Assembly: GCA_044226625.1 (NCBI GenBank)
Contig: JBGAGQ010000048.1
Location: 1-50,766, forward strand
Direction: 5' to 3'
Length of the DNA: 50,766 nt
Origin: Thermoanaerobaculia bacterium
GTDB lineage: Bacteria; Acidobacteriota; Thermoanaerobaculia; Multivoradales; UBA5704
Positions 41,504 to 50,766 of this stretch are shown in pieces. Below the pieces are notes generated by a model. The model was not told the origin of the DNA. It worked only from the letters and a program-made list of their open reading frames with translations, and searched no databases. The first letter of the stretch is position 1. The number at the start of each line of letters is the position of its first letter. The translations under genes and the position numbers were made by a program.

Positions 41504-42238
41504 ATGCCCGCCTCTTTCCCCCGCCGACTGCTGAACGCGCTCGCCCGGGTCGGCGCGGGTCTGCCGGCCCGTGGCGTGATCTCTCCGGAGGTGCCGGACG
41601 ATCTGTTCCAGGCGCACCTCGCGCTCTACCTGTTCGCCACCCGGTATTCGGGGGGCCGCAGGGTGCTCGACCTCGGATGCGGCACGGGATACGGCACGGC
41701 GCGCCTGGTCGAGCAGGGTGCGGCGTCGGCGGTCGGGCTCGATTGCGACGAGAAGGCGATCCGCTACGCCCGGCGCAAGTTCGAGCGCCCGTCCGTCCGC
41801 TTCGTCACGGCCCGCGCCGAGGCGCTTCCGGGGGATCTCGGCCTGTTCGACGCCGTGGTCGCGGGCAACGTCTTGCCGCAGCTCGAGAAGCCGGCCCTGG
41901 CGATCGAGCAGGCCCGGCGCCATCTTCAGCCGGAAGGGGTGATGGTCGCCTCCGTGCCGCCGATCGCTGACGACCGCACCATGGAGGCGCACCGCGCGGC
42001 CGGCGCAAACCGTTCGAGCCTCTACCTTTGGGATTGGGAGTCCGCCTTCAAGAAGCACTTCCAGGATCTCGCCCTGTTCCGGCTGGAGGCTCCCGCCGGC
42101 GCATCGATCGATCTCGCGGATTCCTCGCCCTCGCGCCTCGCCGCCGCCGATTTCCGGACCGAGGAGATCCCCCTCGCCCGGGCGCGAGAAGCTGGATCCC
42201 TCGCCGCGTTCTTCGTCGCGTCGCGACCGCGGCTCTGA
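41504..42238 (+). CDS. Class I SAM-dependent methyltransferase
   Basis: RVLDLGCGTGYG, VGLD, FDAVV and LQPEG. Confidence 0.9.
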   Translation: MPASFPRRLLNALARVGAGLPARGVISPEVPDDLFQAHLALYLFATRYSGGRRVLDLGCGTGYGTARLVEQGAASAVGLDCDEKAIRYARRKFERPSVRFVTARAEALPGDLGLFDAVVAGNVLPQLEKPALAIEQARRHLQPEGVMVASVPPIADDRTMEAHRAAGANRSSLYLWDWESAFKKHFQDLALFRLEAPAGASIDLADSSPSRLAAADFRTEEIPLARAREAGSLAAFFVASRPRL

Positions 42239-42259
42239 GGCGCCGCGCGCCCCGAGATC

Positions 42260-43252
42260 ATGCCGCGCCGGTCGCCCGCCCAGCTCGGCTTGTTCGGTGA
42301 GCCGCCCCCCGAACCGAAAACCGCGGGGGTCGAGGCGCAGCCGGCCGCCCCGGAGCTGGTGGAGCTCGCCGCGAAGGTCCCCGAGAGCGTCTATCTTGGC
42401 GGCTCGACCTGGTCCTATCCGGGCTGGGCGGGCCTGGTCTACGACCGCGAGTACCCCGAATCGAAGCTCGCCCGCGAAGGGCTCGCGGCCTATGCGCGGC
42501 ACCCTCTGCTGCGAGCGATCGGCATCGACCGAACCCATTACCAGCCGCTGCCGGCGGAGGACTTCGCCGCCTACGCCGCGCAGGTCCCGGACGACTTCCG
42601 CTTCTTGGTCAAGGCGCACGAGGAGTGCACGCTCTGGCGCTTTCCCGACCGGCCGCGCTACGGCGCGCGGCGCGGGGAGGGAAACCCCCTGTTCCTCGAC
42701 CCGGCGTACGCCATCGAGCGGGTGGTCGGCCCGACGATCGAAGGGCTGGGCGCGAAGCTCGGCGCGCTGCTCTTCGAGTTCGCGCCCCAGGACCTGGGCA
42801 AGCCCGAGCACCTCGCGGCGGACCTCGCGGCGTTCCTCTCGGAGCTACCGCCCGAGGCAACCTATGCCGTCGAGCTGCGCAACCGGGAGATGCTCGGCCC
42901 GGAGTACGCCCGGGCGCTCGCCGCGACGGGCGCCTGCCACTGCTTCAACGTCCATCCGAGGATGCCCGACCTGCCCGCCCAGCGGCGTCTGGTCGATCCG
43001 GGGCCGAAGACGATCGTCCGTTGGGTGGTCGGGCGCGGTCTCTCCTACGAGGAAGCGGGAACCCGCTTCCTCCCGTTCGATCGGCTCCATCGGGAGGATC
43101 CGGAGGAACGCAAGGCGATCGCGAACCTGATCGCGGAAGCGGTCGGCCGGGGGCGCGAGTCCGTCGTAACGATCAACAACACGGCGGAGGGGTGCGCGCC
43201 GCTGTCGATCCGGAAGCTCGTCAAGAGCTTGGCCAGTGAAGAGCCGGCCTAG
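42260..43252 (+). CDS. DUF72 (YecE-like) protein
   Basis: GGSTWSYPGW, IDRTHY, FRFLVKA, LGALLFEF, YAVELRN and INN. Confidence 0.92.
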   Translation: MPRRSPAQLGLFGEPPPEPKTAGVEAQPAAPELVELAAKVPESVYLGGSTWSYPGWAGLVYDREYPESKLAREGLAAYARHPLLRAIGIDRTHYQPLPAEDFAAYAAQVPDDFRFLVKAHEECTLWRFPDRPRYGARRGEGNPLFLDPAYAIERVVGPTIEGLGAKLGALLFEFAPQDLGKPEHLAADLAAFLSELPPEATYAVELRNREMLGPEYARALAATGACHCFNVHPRMPDLPAQRRLVDPGPKTIVRWVVGRGLSYEEAGTRFLPFDRLHREDPEERKAIANLIAEAVGRGRESVVTINNTAEGCAPLSIRKLVKSLASEEPA

Positions 43253-45594
43253 GGCAACAGCGGCTCGAACCCCGTCGGCGTCTCGCGGACGAGCAGCAGG
43301 TGGAAGCCCCGCCGGGGGCCGATGCGGACGAACCCTTCGTAGCCGGTGAAGCTCTCTTCCACGCCGAACCAGCGTCCGGACTTCTCGGGCGCGGCGAGGG
43401 CGGCGAGCGCTTCGACCGTCTCGTCCTCGATCCGGGGCGCGATCAGGAACGCGCCACCGATGTCCCCGGTCTTCGTCCGGGCGCTCTTCGCCTGGATCAC
43501 CGCGTCGCGAAACTCGGCGAGCGCCTTGGGGCAGGCCCGCGCCACCCGGCGCGCGACGTGAAGGACCCGAGAGGTCGAATCGAAGGTCGCGAGGTCGAAG
43601 AAATCGGCCCCCGTGCCGCCCGGCCGGGGAAGGTCGACATGCAGGCGGGCGGACCGGGCCTCGCCGAGCCATTCGACGAGATATTTCCAGCGCGCGGCGC
43701 GCTCGCGCTCATGGAAATAGGGGGGAAGCTCTTCGAGGCTCCATTGCAGGAACCGGTGGATCGGATCGTCTTCGCGCCGCAGGGCGAAGCGATGCGAGGC
43801 TCCGGCGGCAAGCGCCGGTTCGAGCGATGGTTCGAGCACCACGCGCAGACGCCCGGTCGAGCGGGCGCGCGATCCCACGAGGGTGCGCCCGCTGTCCGTC
43901 GCCGTGCGCGAGGTGACCTGAACCTCGACGCCCCGAAGCTCGCGTCGGTAGCTCGAAAACGAGGGGACCGCGCCGTGCTCCTCGACCCGCGCTTGGACCG
44001 CGACCGCGGAGACCAGCTCGGTCCAGGGGCGGTCGATCGGGAGCCCCTCCCAGCCGGGGGAGAAGAGTTGGAGGATCGTCTCGCCCGCCGCGAACAGGAT
44101 CGTCGCCCGCGCCGGTCCGCGCGAGAGATGGATCGCCCCTTCGAAGCGCTCGCCGCGGAGCTTTTCCCCCAGGCCCGCGAGATGGACGAACGTCGAGTCG
44201 AGCCCCTCGTGCCGGGTCCGCCCCGGATGAAGCAGCCCGGCGAGCGAGCGCACCCGGGCCGCGCCGTCCGGCTCGGGAGCGGCGTGGAGGACCGCCGCGG
44301 CACGATCCGGCAGTGCCTCGATCGCGAGATCGCCCGTTCCCACGGCTCCCTCGACGGGACCGATCGCGCCGAGCACCAGGCCGTCGGCGATCAGTAGCCA
44401 GGTCCGGCTCGCCGCGGAGCCGAACGCGACCGCCCCGGCGAACGGCGCGGCGTGCAGCGGGCGATCGAGCAGGCGATCGAGGAGGGCGTCGCGTCCCTGT
44501 TCACCAAGCTCCCGGGCCGGCCAGGCCGCGGCGACGGCGGGCACCGCCACGAGCGGCTCGACGGAGGAGAGCGTCACGGTCGAGGCCGAGGGAGTTGCGG
44601 CCGGCGCGGCTTCCAGGGGGAACAGGGGGAGCGCCGAGGCTGCGGGTGCGGAAGGGGCGGCGGGTTTCGGCGGCCGTGTCGTGGCAGGGTCCAGCCGCTC
44701 CGTGGGGGCGGACTCCCCGCCGATCCGAGCCTCGGACGACGAGCTCGATCCGATCGCCTGGAGAAGCGCCTGCCGCATTTCCGCGGCGCTCGCGTAGCGC
44801 TGGTTCGGATCGACCTCGAGCGACCGCTCGATCGCCGCGGCGAGGCGTGCCGGCACGTGCGGAGCTAGCGTCCGGAGCGGGCGCGGAGGATCGGTGAGGA
44901 TGGCCGCGGCGATCTCCAGGAAGTCGTTGCCGCGAAACGGATAGGCGGCGGAGATCAGGTAGTAGAGGACGACGCCAGCCGAAAACAGGTCGGAGCGCCC
45001 GTCGACCTCCTGGCCTCGCAGCTGCTCGGGCGAGGCGAAGCGCGGGGTGGCCAGCAGGTAGCCCGCCTGGGTCTTCACGAGGTCGGAGCCGCGCAGCCGG
45101 GCGATGCCGAAATCGGTCACCTTGAGGCGGCCGTCGGAGAGCAGCATCAGGTTCGCCGGTTTGACGTCGCGGTGGACGACCCCCGCCCGGTGCGCCGCTT
45201 CGAGTGCGGCGAGCAGCTCGGCGCCCAGCTCGGCCGCCCGCTGGGGAGAGAGCGGTCCGTCGTCGCGGACGACCGAGTCGAGGGTCCGCCCGTCGAGCCA
45301 CTCCATGGCGATCCACGGATTGCCCGCCTCCTCGCCGATCCGGTAGAGGGTCGCCGCGCCCGGATGGGAGAGGGCGGCGGCGGCGCGTGCCTCTTGGAGG
45401 AAGCGGTGACGCGTCTCGTCGACTCCCCGTTCGTCCTGGCCGGCGAGTAGCTTCGAGCGCAGGATCTTGATCGCCACGGTCCGCTCGAGCGCCGGCTCGT
45501 GGGCGCGGAAGACCACCCCCATCGCTCCCTCGCCCACGCGTTGCTCGATGCGATACGGAAAGTCGACGGTCGGTTCGGAGGGCGGGAAGCTCAT
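43249..45594 (-). CDS. Cytoplasmic Ser/Thr kinase with large uncharacterised C-terminal region
   Basis: VGEGAMGVVF, VAIK, HRDVKPAN, DFG, TPRFASPE and DLFSAG; Pro/Ala/Thr linker; about 430-aa C-terminal region without TM. Confidence 0.92.
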   Translation of the reverse strand: MSFPPSEPTVDFPYRIEQRVGEGAMGVVFRAHEPALERTVAIKILRSKLLAGQDERGVDETRHRFLQEARAAAALSHPGAATLYRIGEEAGNPWIAMEWLDGRTLDSVVRDDGPLSPQRAAELGAELLAALEAAHRAGVVHRDVKPANLMLLSDGRLKVTDFGIARLRGSDLVKTQAGYLLATPRFASPEQLRGQEVDGRSDLFSAGVVLYYLISAAYPFRGNDFLEIAAAILTDPPRPLRTLAPHVPARLAAAIERSLEVDPNQRYASAAEMRQALLQAIGSSSSSEARIGGESAPTERLDPATTRPPKPAAPSAPAASALPLFPLEAAPAATPSASTVTLSSVEPLVAVPAVAAAWPARELGEQGRDALLDRLLDRPLHAAPFAGAVAFGSAASRTWLLIADGLVLGAIGPVEGAVGTGDLAIEALPDRAAAVLHAAPEPDGAARVRSLAGLLHPGRTRHEGLDSTFVHLAGLGEKLRGERFEGAIHLSRGPARATILFAAGETILQLFSPGWEGLPIDRPWTELVSAVAVQARVEEHGAVPSFSSYRRELRGVEVQVTSRTATDSGRTLVGSRARSTGRLRVVLEPSLEPALAAGASHRFALRREDDPIHRFLQWSLEELPPYFHERERAARWKYLVEWLGEARSARLHVDLPRPGGTGADFFDLATFDSTSRVLHVARRVARACPKALAEFRDAVIQAKSARTKTGDIGGAFLIAPRIEDETVEALAALAAPEKSGRWFGVEESFTGYEGFVRIGPRRGFHLLLVRETPTGFEPLLP

Positions 45595-45737
45595 CGGATC
45601 GGTTTCCTCGGTCGGGGGGGGCCCCGAAGGTCTGCGGTGCTTTGGGCTCTACGCATCTTTGCCGGATTTCGGATCGTGGTTACCGTCGCATAGAGTCGGA
45701 CCTGAGAGCGGAGGATTCCGAGGAGGAGGAGCCTGCG

Positions 45738-46025
45738 ATGGTCAGCGCCGTGATCCTTTTGGTGGTGGAGAAGAACAAGATCAACGAGGTGGCGGAGCGC
45801 TTGGTCGAGCTCGAGGGCATCACCGAGGTCTACTCGGTCGCCGGGCAGTACGACCTGGTGGCGATCGCCCGGGTCCGCGACAACGAGCAGATCGCCGAGG
45901 CCGTGACGCGGCAGATGCTCAAGATCGACGGCATCCAGCGCTCGGAGACCCTGATGGCGTTTCGCGCCTACTCGCGCTACAACCTCGAGCGGATGTTCTC
46001 GATCGGAATGGAAGAGGGTGCCTGA
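45738..46025 (+). CDS. Lrp/AsnC ligand-binding (RAM) domain protein, no HTH
   Basis: ITEVYSVAGQYDLVAIARV and IDGIQRSETLMAF; GGAGG SD. Confidence 0.92.
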   Translation: MVSAVILLVVEKNKINEVAERLVELEGITEVYSVAGQYDLVAIARVRDNEQIAEAVTRQMLKIDGIQRSETLMAFRAYSRYNLERMFSIGMEEGA

Positions 46026-46461
46026 CGCCGCGCCACCGGATCCTGCAGGACGGGTACCCGACGGTCCGGTCCTGTTCTACGACGGCGGCTGCGGCCTCTG
46101 CCACCGGAGCGTCCGCTGGTTCGTCCGCCTCGACCGGCGGGAACGGCTGACCTTCGCGCCCCTCTTCGGCGAGCTGTTTTCGGAGCTCGTCCCCCCGGCC
46201 GATCGGGCCGGTCTTCCCGACAGCCTCGTCCTCCGGACCGCGGACGCCCGCCTGCACGTCCGCTCCAACGCCGTCCTCCGCGCTCTCGTCGAAATCGGCG
46301 GCGTCTGGCGCCCGATCGCGAGGATTCTGCGTTGGATTCCGCGCGCTCTCCGGGACCGTCTCTACGATGCGATCGCCCGGGCGCGCCAGCGCTGGTTCGC
46401 AAAGCCGGAAGGCGCTTGCCCGTTGCTGCCGCCCGAGCTTCGGGCCCGTTTTCGAGCCTGA
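46018..46461 (+). CDS. DCC1-like thiol-disulfide oxidoreductase (DUF393)
   Basis: FYDGGCGLC, FAPL, RDRLYDAIARARQRWF and C-terminal C...RARF. Confidence 0.92.
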   Translation: MPDAAPPDPAGRVPDGPVLFYDGGCGLCHRSVRWFVRLDRRERLTFAPLFGELFSELVPPADRAGLPDSLVLRTADARLHVRSNAVLRALVEIGGVWRPIARILRWIPRALRDRLYDAIARARQRWFAKPEGACPLLPPELRARFRA

Positions 46462-46575
46462 GCGCCTCTGGCCTTTCGGCGGGGCGTGCCGTAAGCTCCA
46501 TCGTCCGTCCCCGGCTCGCAGTAGCCGGTGCTGGTCACCCAGCGACAAAAATTTATCTGATGAGGGAGTGTTGCC

Positions 46576-47574
46576 ATGGCGGGCAGATCCGTTGGGATTT
46601 ACGTCGACGTCGAAAACATCACGCGCAACGGCGGCTTCGGCATGCAGTACGACGTGTTGCGCGAGTTCGCCTGTCGCGACGGCGCGGACGCGGCGCGCAT
46701 CAACGCGTACGTCCGATTCGATGAAGAGCGCTCGCGGCGCAACGATCCGACCTACGCCAAGGTCCTCGAGTTCCACAACCGGCTGCGCGACATCGGCTAC
46801 AAGGTGGTGGAGAAGCCGATCCGCTGGCAGTTCGACTCGGTGACCGGCGAGCGGTACGGCAAGGCGAACGCCGACATGGACATGGCGGTCGACATGCTGC
46901 TCCAGTCCGAGCGGCTCGACCGGGTGCTGCTCGCCACCGGCGACGGCGACTTCACCAAAGTGATCGAGGCGCTCCAGTATCGCGGCCTGCGGATCGAGGT
47001 GGTCGCGTTCGAAAACGTCGCGGAGTCGCTGCGCAACCAGGCCGACCTGTTCGTCTCGGGTTACCTGATCCCGAACCTGCTCCTGCCCCCCAGCCAGCTC
47101 ACCACGGTCAACGACAACCTCTGGATCTACGACTCGCGCCGCCCGGGCTCGCCGTACGGCAACAGCTTCTTCCATATCTCCCAGCTGCGCGACTCGAACG
47201 TCTTCGACCGCCTGCCGAACCGCGAGGTGATCCTCGAATACACGCTACGGAAAGGGGAGAAGGGGTGGGAGGCCGAGGACATCGTGGCGGTCGGCGGCGG
47301 TCCGCGCGCGCCGTTCTCCCCCTGGTCGCCGACCTCGGCGGCGGCGGCGCACGCCCTGGTCACGGAAACCGGGACGCACGCGATCGTGCGCAACGAAACC
47401 GGTACGCACTCGCTCGCGGGGCTGCGGACCGAGACCGGCACTCACGCGATCTCGGGCCTGCGCGCCCCGGTCTGGGCCGAGCGCGAGAGCGCGTCCCGCC
47501 AACCGACGCCGCCCGCGGTTTCGAGCGACCTCGAGCCGGAGGGCGACGAGGACGACAACACCGGCAACCGGTAG
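46576..47574 (+). CDS. NYN (LabA/DUF88, PIN-like) domain protein with partial cold-shock-like domain and Thr-rich tail
   Basis: IYVDVENI, KANADMDMAVD, LATGDGDF, LRNQADLF; later FFHIS...AEDI. Confidence 0.9.
   Translation: MAGRSVGIYVDVENITRNGGFGMQYDVLREFACRDGADAARINAYVRFDEERSRRNDPTYAKVLEFHNRLRDIGYKVVEKPIRWQFDSVTGERYGKANADMDMAVDMLLQSERLDRVLLATGDGDFTKVIEALQYRGLRIEVVAFENVAESLRNQADLFVSGYLIPNLLLPPSQLTTVNDNLWIYDSRRPGSPYGNSFFHISQLRDSNVFDRLPNREVILEYTLRKGEKGWEAEDIVAVGGGPRAPFSPWSPTSAAAAHALVTETGTHAIVRNETGTHSLAGLRTETGTHAISGLRAPVWAERESASRQPTPPAVSSDLEPEGDEDDNTGNR
47362..47463 (+). repeat. Three (T/N)ETGTH(A/S)(I/L) peptide repeats
   Basis: VTETGTHAIVRNETGTHSLAGLRTETGTHAISGLR; codons diverge synonymously between copies. 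Confidence 0.85.
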
Positions 47575-47627
47575 CGAACGGCTCGGCAAGCTCGCGGTCT
47601 TCGGCGGTGATCAGCTTCCGCCGGCAG

Positions 47628-47658
47628 AAAAACGGGCGGAGACGCGCTCCGCCCGTTT
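47628..47658. terminator. Bidirectional rho-independent terminator
   Basis: AAAAACGGGCGGAG-ACGCG-CTCCGCCCGTTT between convergent genes. Confidence 0.8.
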
Positions 47659-47678
47659 CCTTCAACTCCTACCCTCGC

Positions 47679-50600
47679 TTACTTTCCCGTCCAGACTCCC
47701 GGCAGCCCCGCTCCTTGGGCCTGGCGGTCGAGCGCCGCGACGTCGCCCGCGACGAGCGCGTCGAGATCGGCGATCCGCGCCTCGAGGTCGGCCTTCTCCC
47801 GGGCGTACTCCTCGCGCATACCCTGGGTCGGCGCGCCGTCCCCGCCCTTGACCGCGTCGAACAGCGGGGCGAGCCGGGAATAGAGCTGGGCTCCGCCCTC
47901 GAACGCGAGGATGTCGTACACCACGGTTGCCTTGGGGTTGTGGAGCTTGGCCTCCAGCGCGTCGAGCTTGCGACCCGCCTCGTCCGAAGCCTTCACCAGC
48001 TCGGACTGGGCGGGATCTTTCCTTACAAGGTCGGCGCGCGAGGCGATCTGCTTGCGGACCGTCCGCAGGCGCTCGACCGTGCGGGTGAGCCGCGTGATGT
48101 CGTTGCGCACCGCGAGCGACAGATCCAGCTGGGCGGCGAGGTCGGCCGTTACCGTGGGGAAGCGGGGATCGGCGAGCACGCGGGCCGTGACGCTCTGCGA
48201 TTGGCCATCGACCGTCAACTTGAGGGTGTAGGTTCCCGGCAGGGCGGTGGGGCCGACGGCGGGATATCCGGCGTCGAGGATTCCGCCCGGGATCATCTCG
48301 GCGCCGTCCCAGGACAGGTCCCAGGTATAGACGTTCAAGCCCTGCTCCTTGCCCAGCGCGAGGCCCTTGAGGCCGTCGAGCTCGTCCTTGACGTACTCGC
48401 TGCTTCCCGATACCTCCGCCGGCTTGCTCGACCGTTTTGAGACGAGCCGGCCGGATTCGGTGTAGACCTCCAGCGTGATCTCTCCTTGAGGCGCCTTAGC
48501 CAGCCAGTAGGCGACGCGCACGCCCCGGTCGGGGTTGCTCGCCGTCCAGACGCCCTGCCGCGCCACCCCTTCGCGCAGCGTCCAACGCACCGCGTCGGCC
48601 GCGGGGAAGAGATGGAGGTCGCTCTTGCGCACCGCCTCCGAGAGGTCGAACAGGAGCGAAGTGTCGTCGAGGACCCACATCGAGCGGCCGTGGGTGGCGA
48701 CCACCAGGCTGTTGCCCGCGACCGCGAGGTCGTGCACCGCGACGGTGGGTAGGTTCAGCTTGATCGAGCGCCACGAGGCGCCGTCGTCGGTCGAGACCAG
48801 CACGCCGCGCTCGGTGCCCAGGTAGAGCACCCCCGGACGCGCCGGATCGGTCCTTACCGCGTGGAGATAGACGTCCATGCGGAGACCGGCCCGCCCGGCG
48901 CCGGGCGCCATACCGAGCCGGCGCCAGCTCTTGCCGAAGTTTTCCGTCTTCCACAGGTAGGGCGCCATGTCGTCGAGCCGGTGGGCGTCGACCACCAGGT
49001 AGGCCGTGCCCGCGTCTCGGCTCGACGGCTCGATCATCGACACGGTGCCCCATTCGGGCAGGCCCGGCACGGCCGAGGTGACGTCGTCCCAATGCGCGCC
49101 GCCATCCCGCGTCACGTGGACCTTGCCGTCGTCGCTTCCCGCCCAGATCGTCCCGGCGGCGACCGGCGATTCGGCCACCGCGAAGATCGTGGCGTAGATC
49201 TCGACCCCCGTGTTGTCGCCGGTGATCGGTCCGCCCGACCACTTCTGCTTCGACTTGTCGTTGCGCGTCAGGTCGGGGCTGATCGCGGTCCAGGTCTGGC
49301 CGGCGTCGCGGGTCCGGAACAGGACGTTGCCCGCGTGATAGACCGTCTTCGGATCGTGCGGCGAGATGGCGATCGGCGCGGTCCACTGGAAGCGGTAGAG
49401 GAGGTCCTCGCCGCCGTGCCCCGAGGGGTTGTCGGGATAGATCGTGACGTTCCGTGTCTGTCCCGTCTCGTGGTCGTAGCGGGTGATCGTGCCGCCGTAC
49501 TCCCCCGCGTAGACCACGTCCGGGTCCGCGGCGTCCGAGGCGATGAAACCCGCCTCCCCGCCGCCGACGCCATGCCAGTCGACGTTGCGGATCCCCGTGT
49601 ACGCGAGAGTGTCGGAGGGGCCCTGGGCCGTACCTATGTCCTGGAGCGCGCCCGCGACCCAGAACGGCCGCCGGCTGTCGACGGTCACGTGGTAGAACTG
49701 CCCGATCGGCAGCGACGGAAAGCTCCAGTTCTCCCCGCCGTCGAACGACACGTCCACCCCGCCGTCGCTCGCGGCGATGATCCGCTTCGGGTTCTTCGGG
49801 TCGAACCAGAGGTCGTGGCAGTCGCCGTGGTGGAGCCCCTCGACGAAATCGAAGGTCTTGCCGCCGTCGATCGACTTGAGCATCGGCACGTTCGGGCACC
49901 AGACCTCGTTCGGGTTGGTCGGGTGGACGGCGAGCGTCGTGTAGTACCAGGCACGCTGGCGCAGGCGCCGGTCGCCGCTCGCGAGCGTCCAGCTCTCGCC
50001 GCCGTCGTCCGAGCGGAAGAGGCCCCCCTTCTCGTTCTCGATCAGCGCGTAGACGCGGCGCCCGTCGGACGGGGCGACGGCCACCCCCACCTTGCCCCAG
50101 ATCCCATCGGGTAGCCCGCCGCCGGTGAGACGCTTCCAGGTCTCGCCGCCGTCATTCGACCGCCAGAGGCCGCTGCCGGGGCCCCCGCTGGTGAGCTCCC
50201 AGGGACGGCGGCGCGCCTGCCAAAGGCCCGCGAAGACGACGTTGGGATTGCTCGGGTCGAGCGTCACCGCCGAGGCTCCGGTCCATTCGTCGACCTTGAG
50301 CACCTGCGCCCAGGTCTTGCCTCCGTCTCGGGTCCGGTAGACGCCGCGCTGCGGATTCGGGCCGAACGCGTGGCCGAGCACCGCGGCGTAAGCGACGTCC
50401 GCGTTGCGCGGGTCGACCGCCATCTGGCCGATCTGCCCCTCCTGGACCCAGACGTGGCTCCAGCTCTTGCCGCCGTCGGTCGATTTGTAGATCCCGTTGC
50501 CGGCGGCCACGTTGCCCCGGATGTTCGCCTCGCCCGAGCCGACGTAGATCGCGTTCGGGTCGGACGGTGCGATCGCGAACGAGCCGATCGAGGAGATCGG

Positions 50601-50765
50601 CTGATCGTCGAAGATCGGCGAGAAGCTCTTGCCGCCGTCGGTCGATTTCCAGACCCCGCCGGAAGCCGCCGTGAAAAAGAAGACGTTCGGATCGCCGGGG
50701 ATGCCCGCCGCGCGCGTCGCCCGTCCGCCCCAAGCGGGGCCGAGCAGGCGGTACTTGATCCCCTT
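47679..50765 (-). CDS. BNR/VPS10 (sortilin-like) repeat glycosyl-hydrolase-like protein; 5'-truncated by window edge
   Basis: Many Asp-box repeats (KSTDGGKSW, RTRDGGKTW, RSDDGGESW, VSFDGGENW), YRFQWTAP and ISPDLT; frame open to the window end. Confidence 0.92.
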   Translation of the reverse strand, partial: KGIKYRLLGPAWGGRATRAAGIPGDPNVFFFTAASGGVWKSTDGGKSFSPIFDDQPISSIGSFAIAPSDPNAIYVGSGEANIRGNVAAGNGIYKSTDGGKSWSHVWVQEGQIGQMAVDPRNADVAYAAVLGHAFGPNPQRGVYRTRDGGKTWAQVLKVDEWTGASAVTLDPSNPNVVFAGLWQARRRPWELTSGGPGSGLWRSNDGGETWKRLTGGGLPDGIWGKVGVAVAPSDGRRVYALIENEKGGLFRSDDGGESWTLASGDRRLRQRAWYYTTLAVHPTNPNEVWCPNVPMLKSIDGGKTFDFVEGLHHGDCHDLWFDPKNPKRIIAASDGGVDVSFDGGENWSFPSLPIGQFYHVTVDSRRPFWVAGALQDIGTAQGPSDTLAYTGIRNVDWHGVGGGEAGFIASDAADPDVVYAGEYGGTITRYDHETGQTRNVTIYPDNPSGHGGEDLLYRFQWTAPIAISPHDPKTVYHAGNVLFRTRDAGQTWTAISPDLTRNDKSKQKWSGGPITGDNTGVEIYATIFAVAESPVAAGTIWAGSDDGKVHVTRDGGAHWDDVTSAVPGLPEWGTVSMIEPSSRDAGTAYLVVDAHRLDDMAPYLWKTENFGKSWRRLGMAPGAGRAGLRMDVYLHAVRTDPARPGVLYLGTERGVLVSTDDGASWRSIKLNLPTVAVHDLAVAGNSLVVATHGRSMWVLDDTSLLFDLSEAVRKSDLHLFPAADAVRWTLREGVARQGVWTASNPDRGVRVAYWLAKAPQGEITLEVYTESGRLVSKRSSKPAEVSGSSEYVKDELDGLKGLALGKEQGLNVYTWDLSWDGAEMIPGGILDAGYPAVGPTALPGTYTLKLTVDGQSQSVTARVLADPRFPTVTADLAAQLDLSLAVRNDITRLTRTVERLRTVRKQIASRADLVRKDPAQSELVKASDEAGRKLDALEAKLHNPKATVVYDILAFEGGAQLYSRLAPLFDAVKGGDGAPTQGMREEYAREKADLEARIADLDALVAGDVAALDRQAQGAGLPGVWTGK

Positions 50766-50766
50766 C

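Noticed and set aside
39777-47574. Defence island (TA, kinase, NYN)
   Set aside because: Genes are interleaved with housekeeping-like genes in mixed orientation and no recognised defence operon or mobility gene is present.
47679-50765. Recurrent GCCGCCGTCG-like DNA repeats as CRISPR or tandem array
   Set aside because: They encode Asp-box (SxDGGxxW) repeats within a CDS and are irregularly spaced.

Overview
High-GC bacterial chromosomal segment. Gene content and style suggest Acidobacteriota, class Thermoanaerobaculia (inference only). From left to right it holds: the tail of an NRPS cluster (A-PCP-TE fragment, ABC exporter, AurF/PvfB/HamC-type diiron N-oxygenase); a small secreted 'IDPDG' peptide gene paired with a Zn-finger/TPR-like protein; two hydrolases, a YdjY-like lipoprotein and an FKBP; a minus-strand signalling operon (DUF4388-wHTH-degenerate GTPase, two roadblock/LC7 proteins, a stand-alone Aer-type PAS, a cytoplasmic PhnD-like protein); and a TolC-MFP-RND-DUF2892 operon. 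That operon lies next to an ECF sigma carrying a fused Cys-rich anti-sigma-like tail, and a candidate cognate promoter (GGGAACC-N17-CTCTT) occurs twice. Further along are RluA/RluD, an M48 peptidase, an SRPBCC protein, a FAD oxidoreductase-acetoacetate-decarboxylase-like fusion, an MFS transporter and a flavin reductase. Next is a five-gene signalling locus: outer-membrane barrel, cupredoxin, membrane HAMP-pseudocyclase-Ser/Thr kinase, GAF-HD-GYP broken by a deletion/frameshift, and FHA-GAF-adenylate cyclase. The right end has MiaE, an ATP-grasp protein, a Phd-VapC toxin-antitoxin pair, an esterase, a methyltransferase, DUF72, a Ser/Thr kinase fused to a haloarchaeal-like domain, Lrp/AsnC, DCC1, an NYN protein with Thr repeats and a partial BNR/VPS10 glycosyl hydrolase. 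I saw no rRNA, tRNA, CRISPR array, transposase or integrase. All family assignments come from motif recognition by eye, not from database searches.
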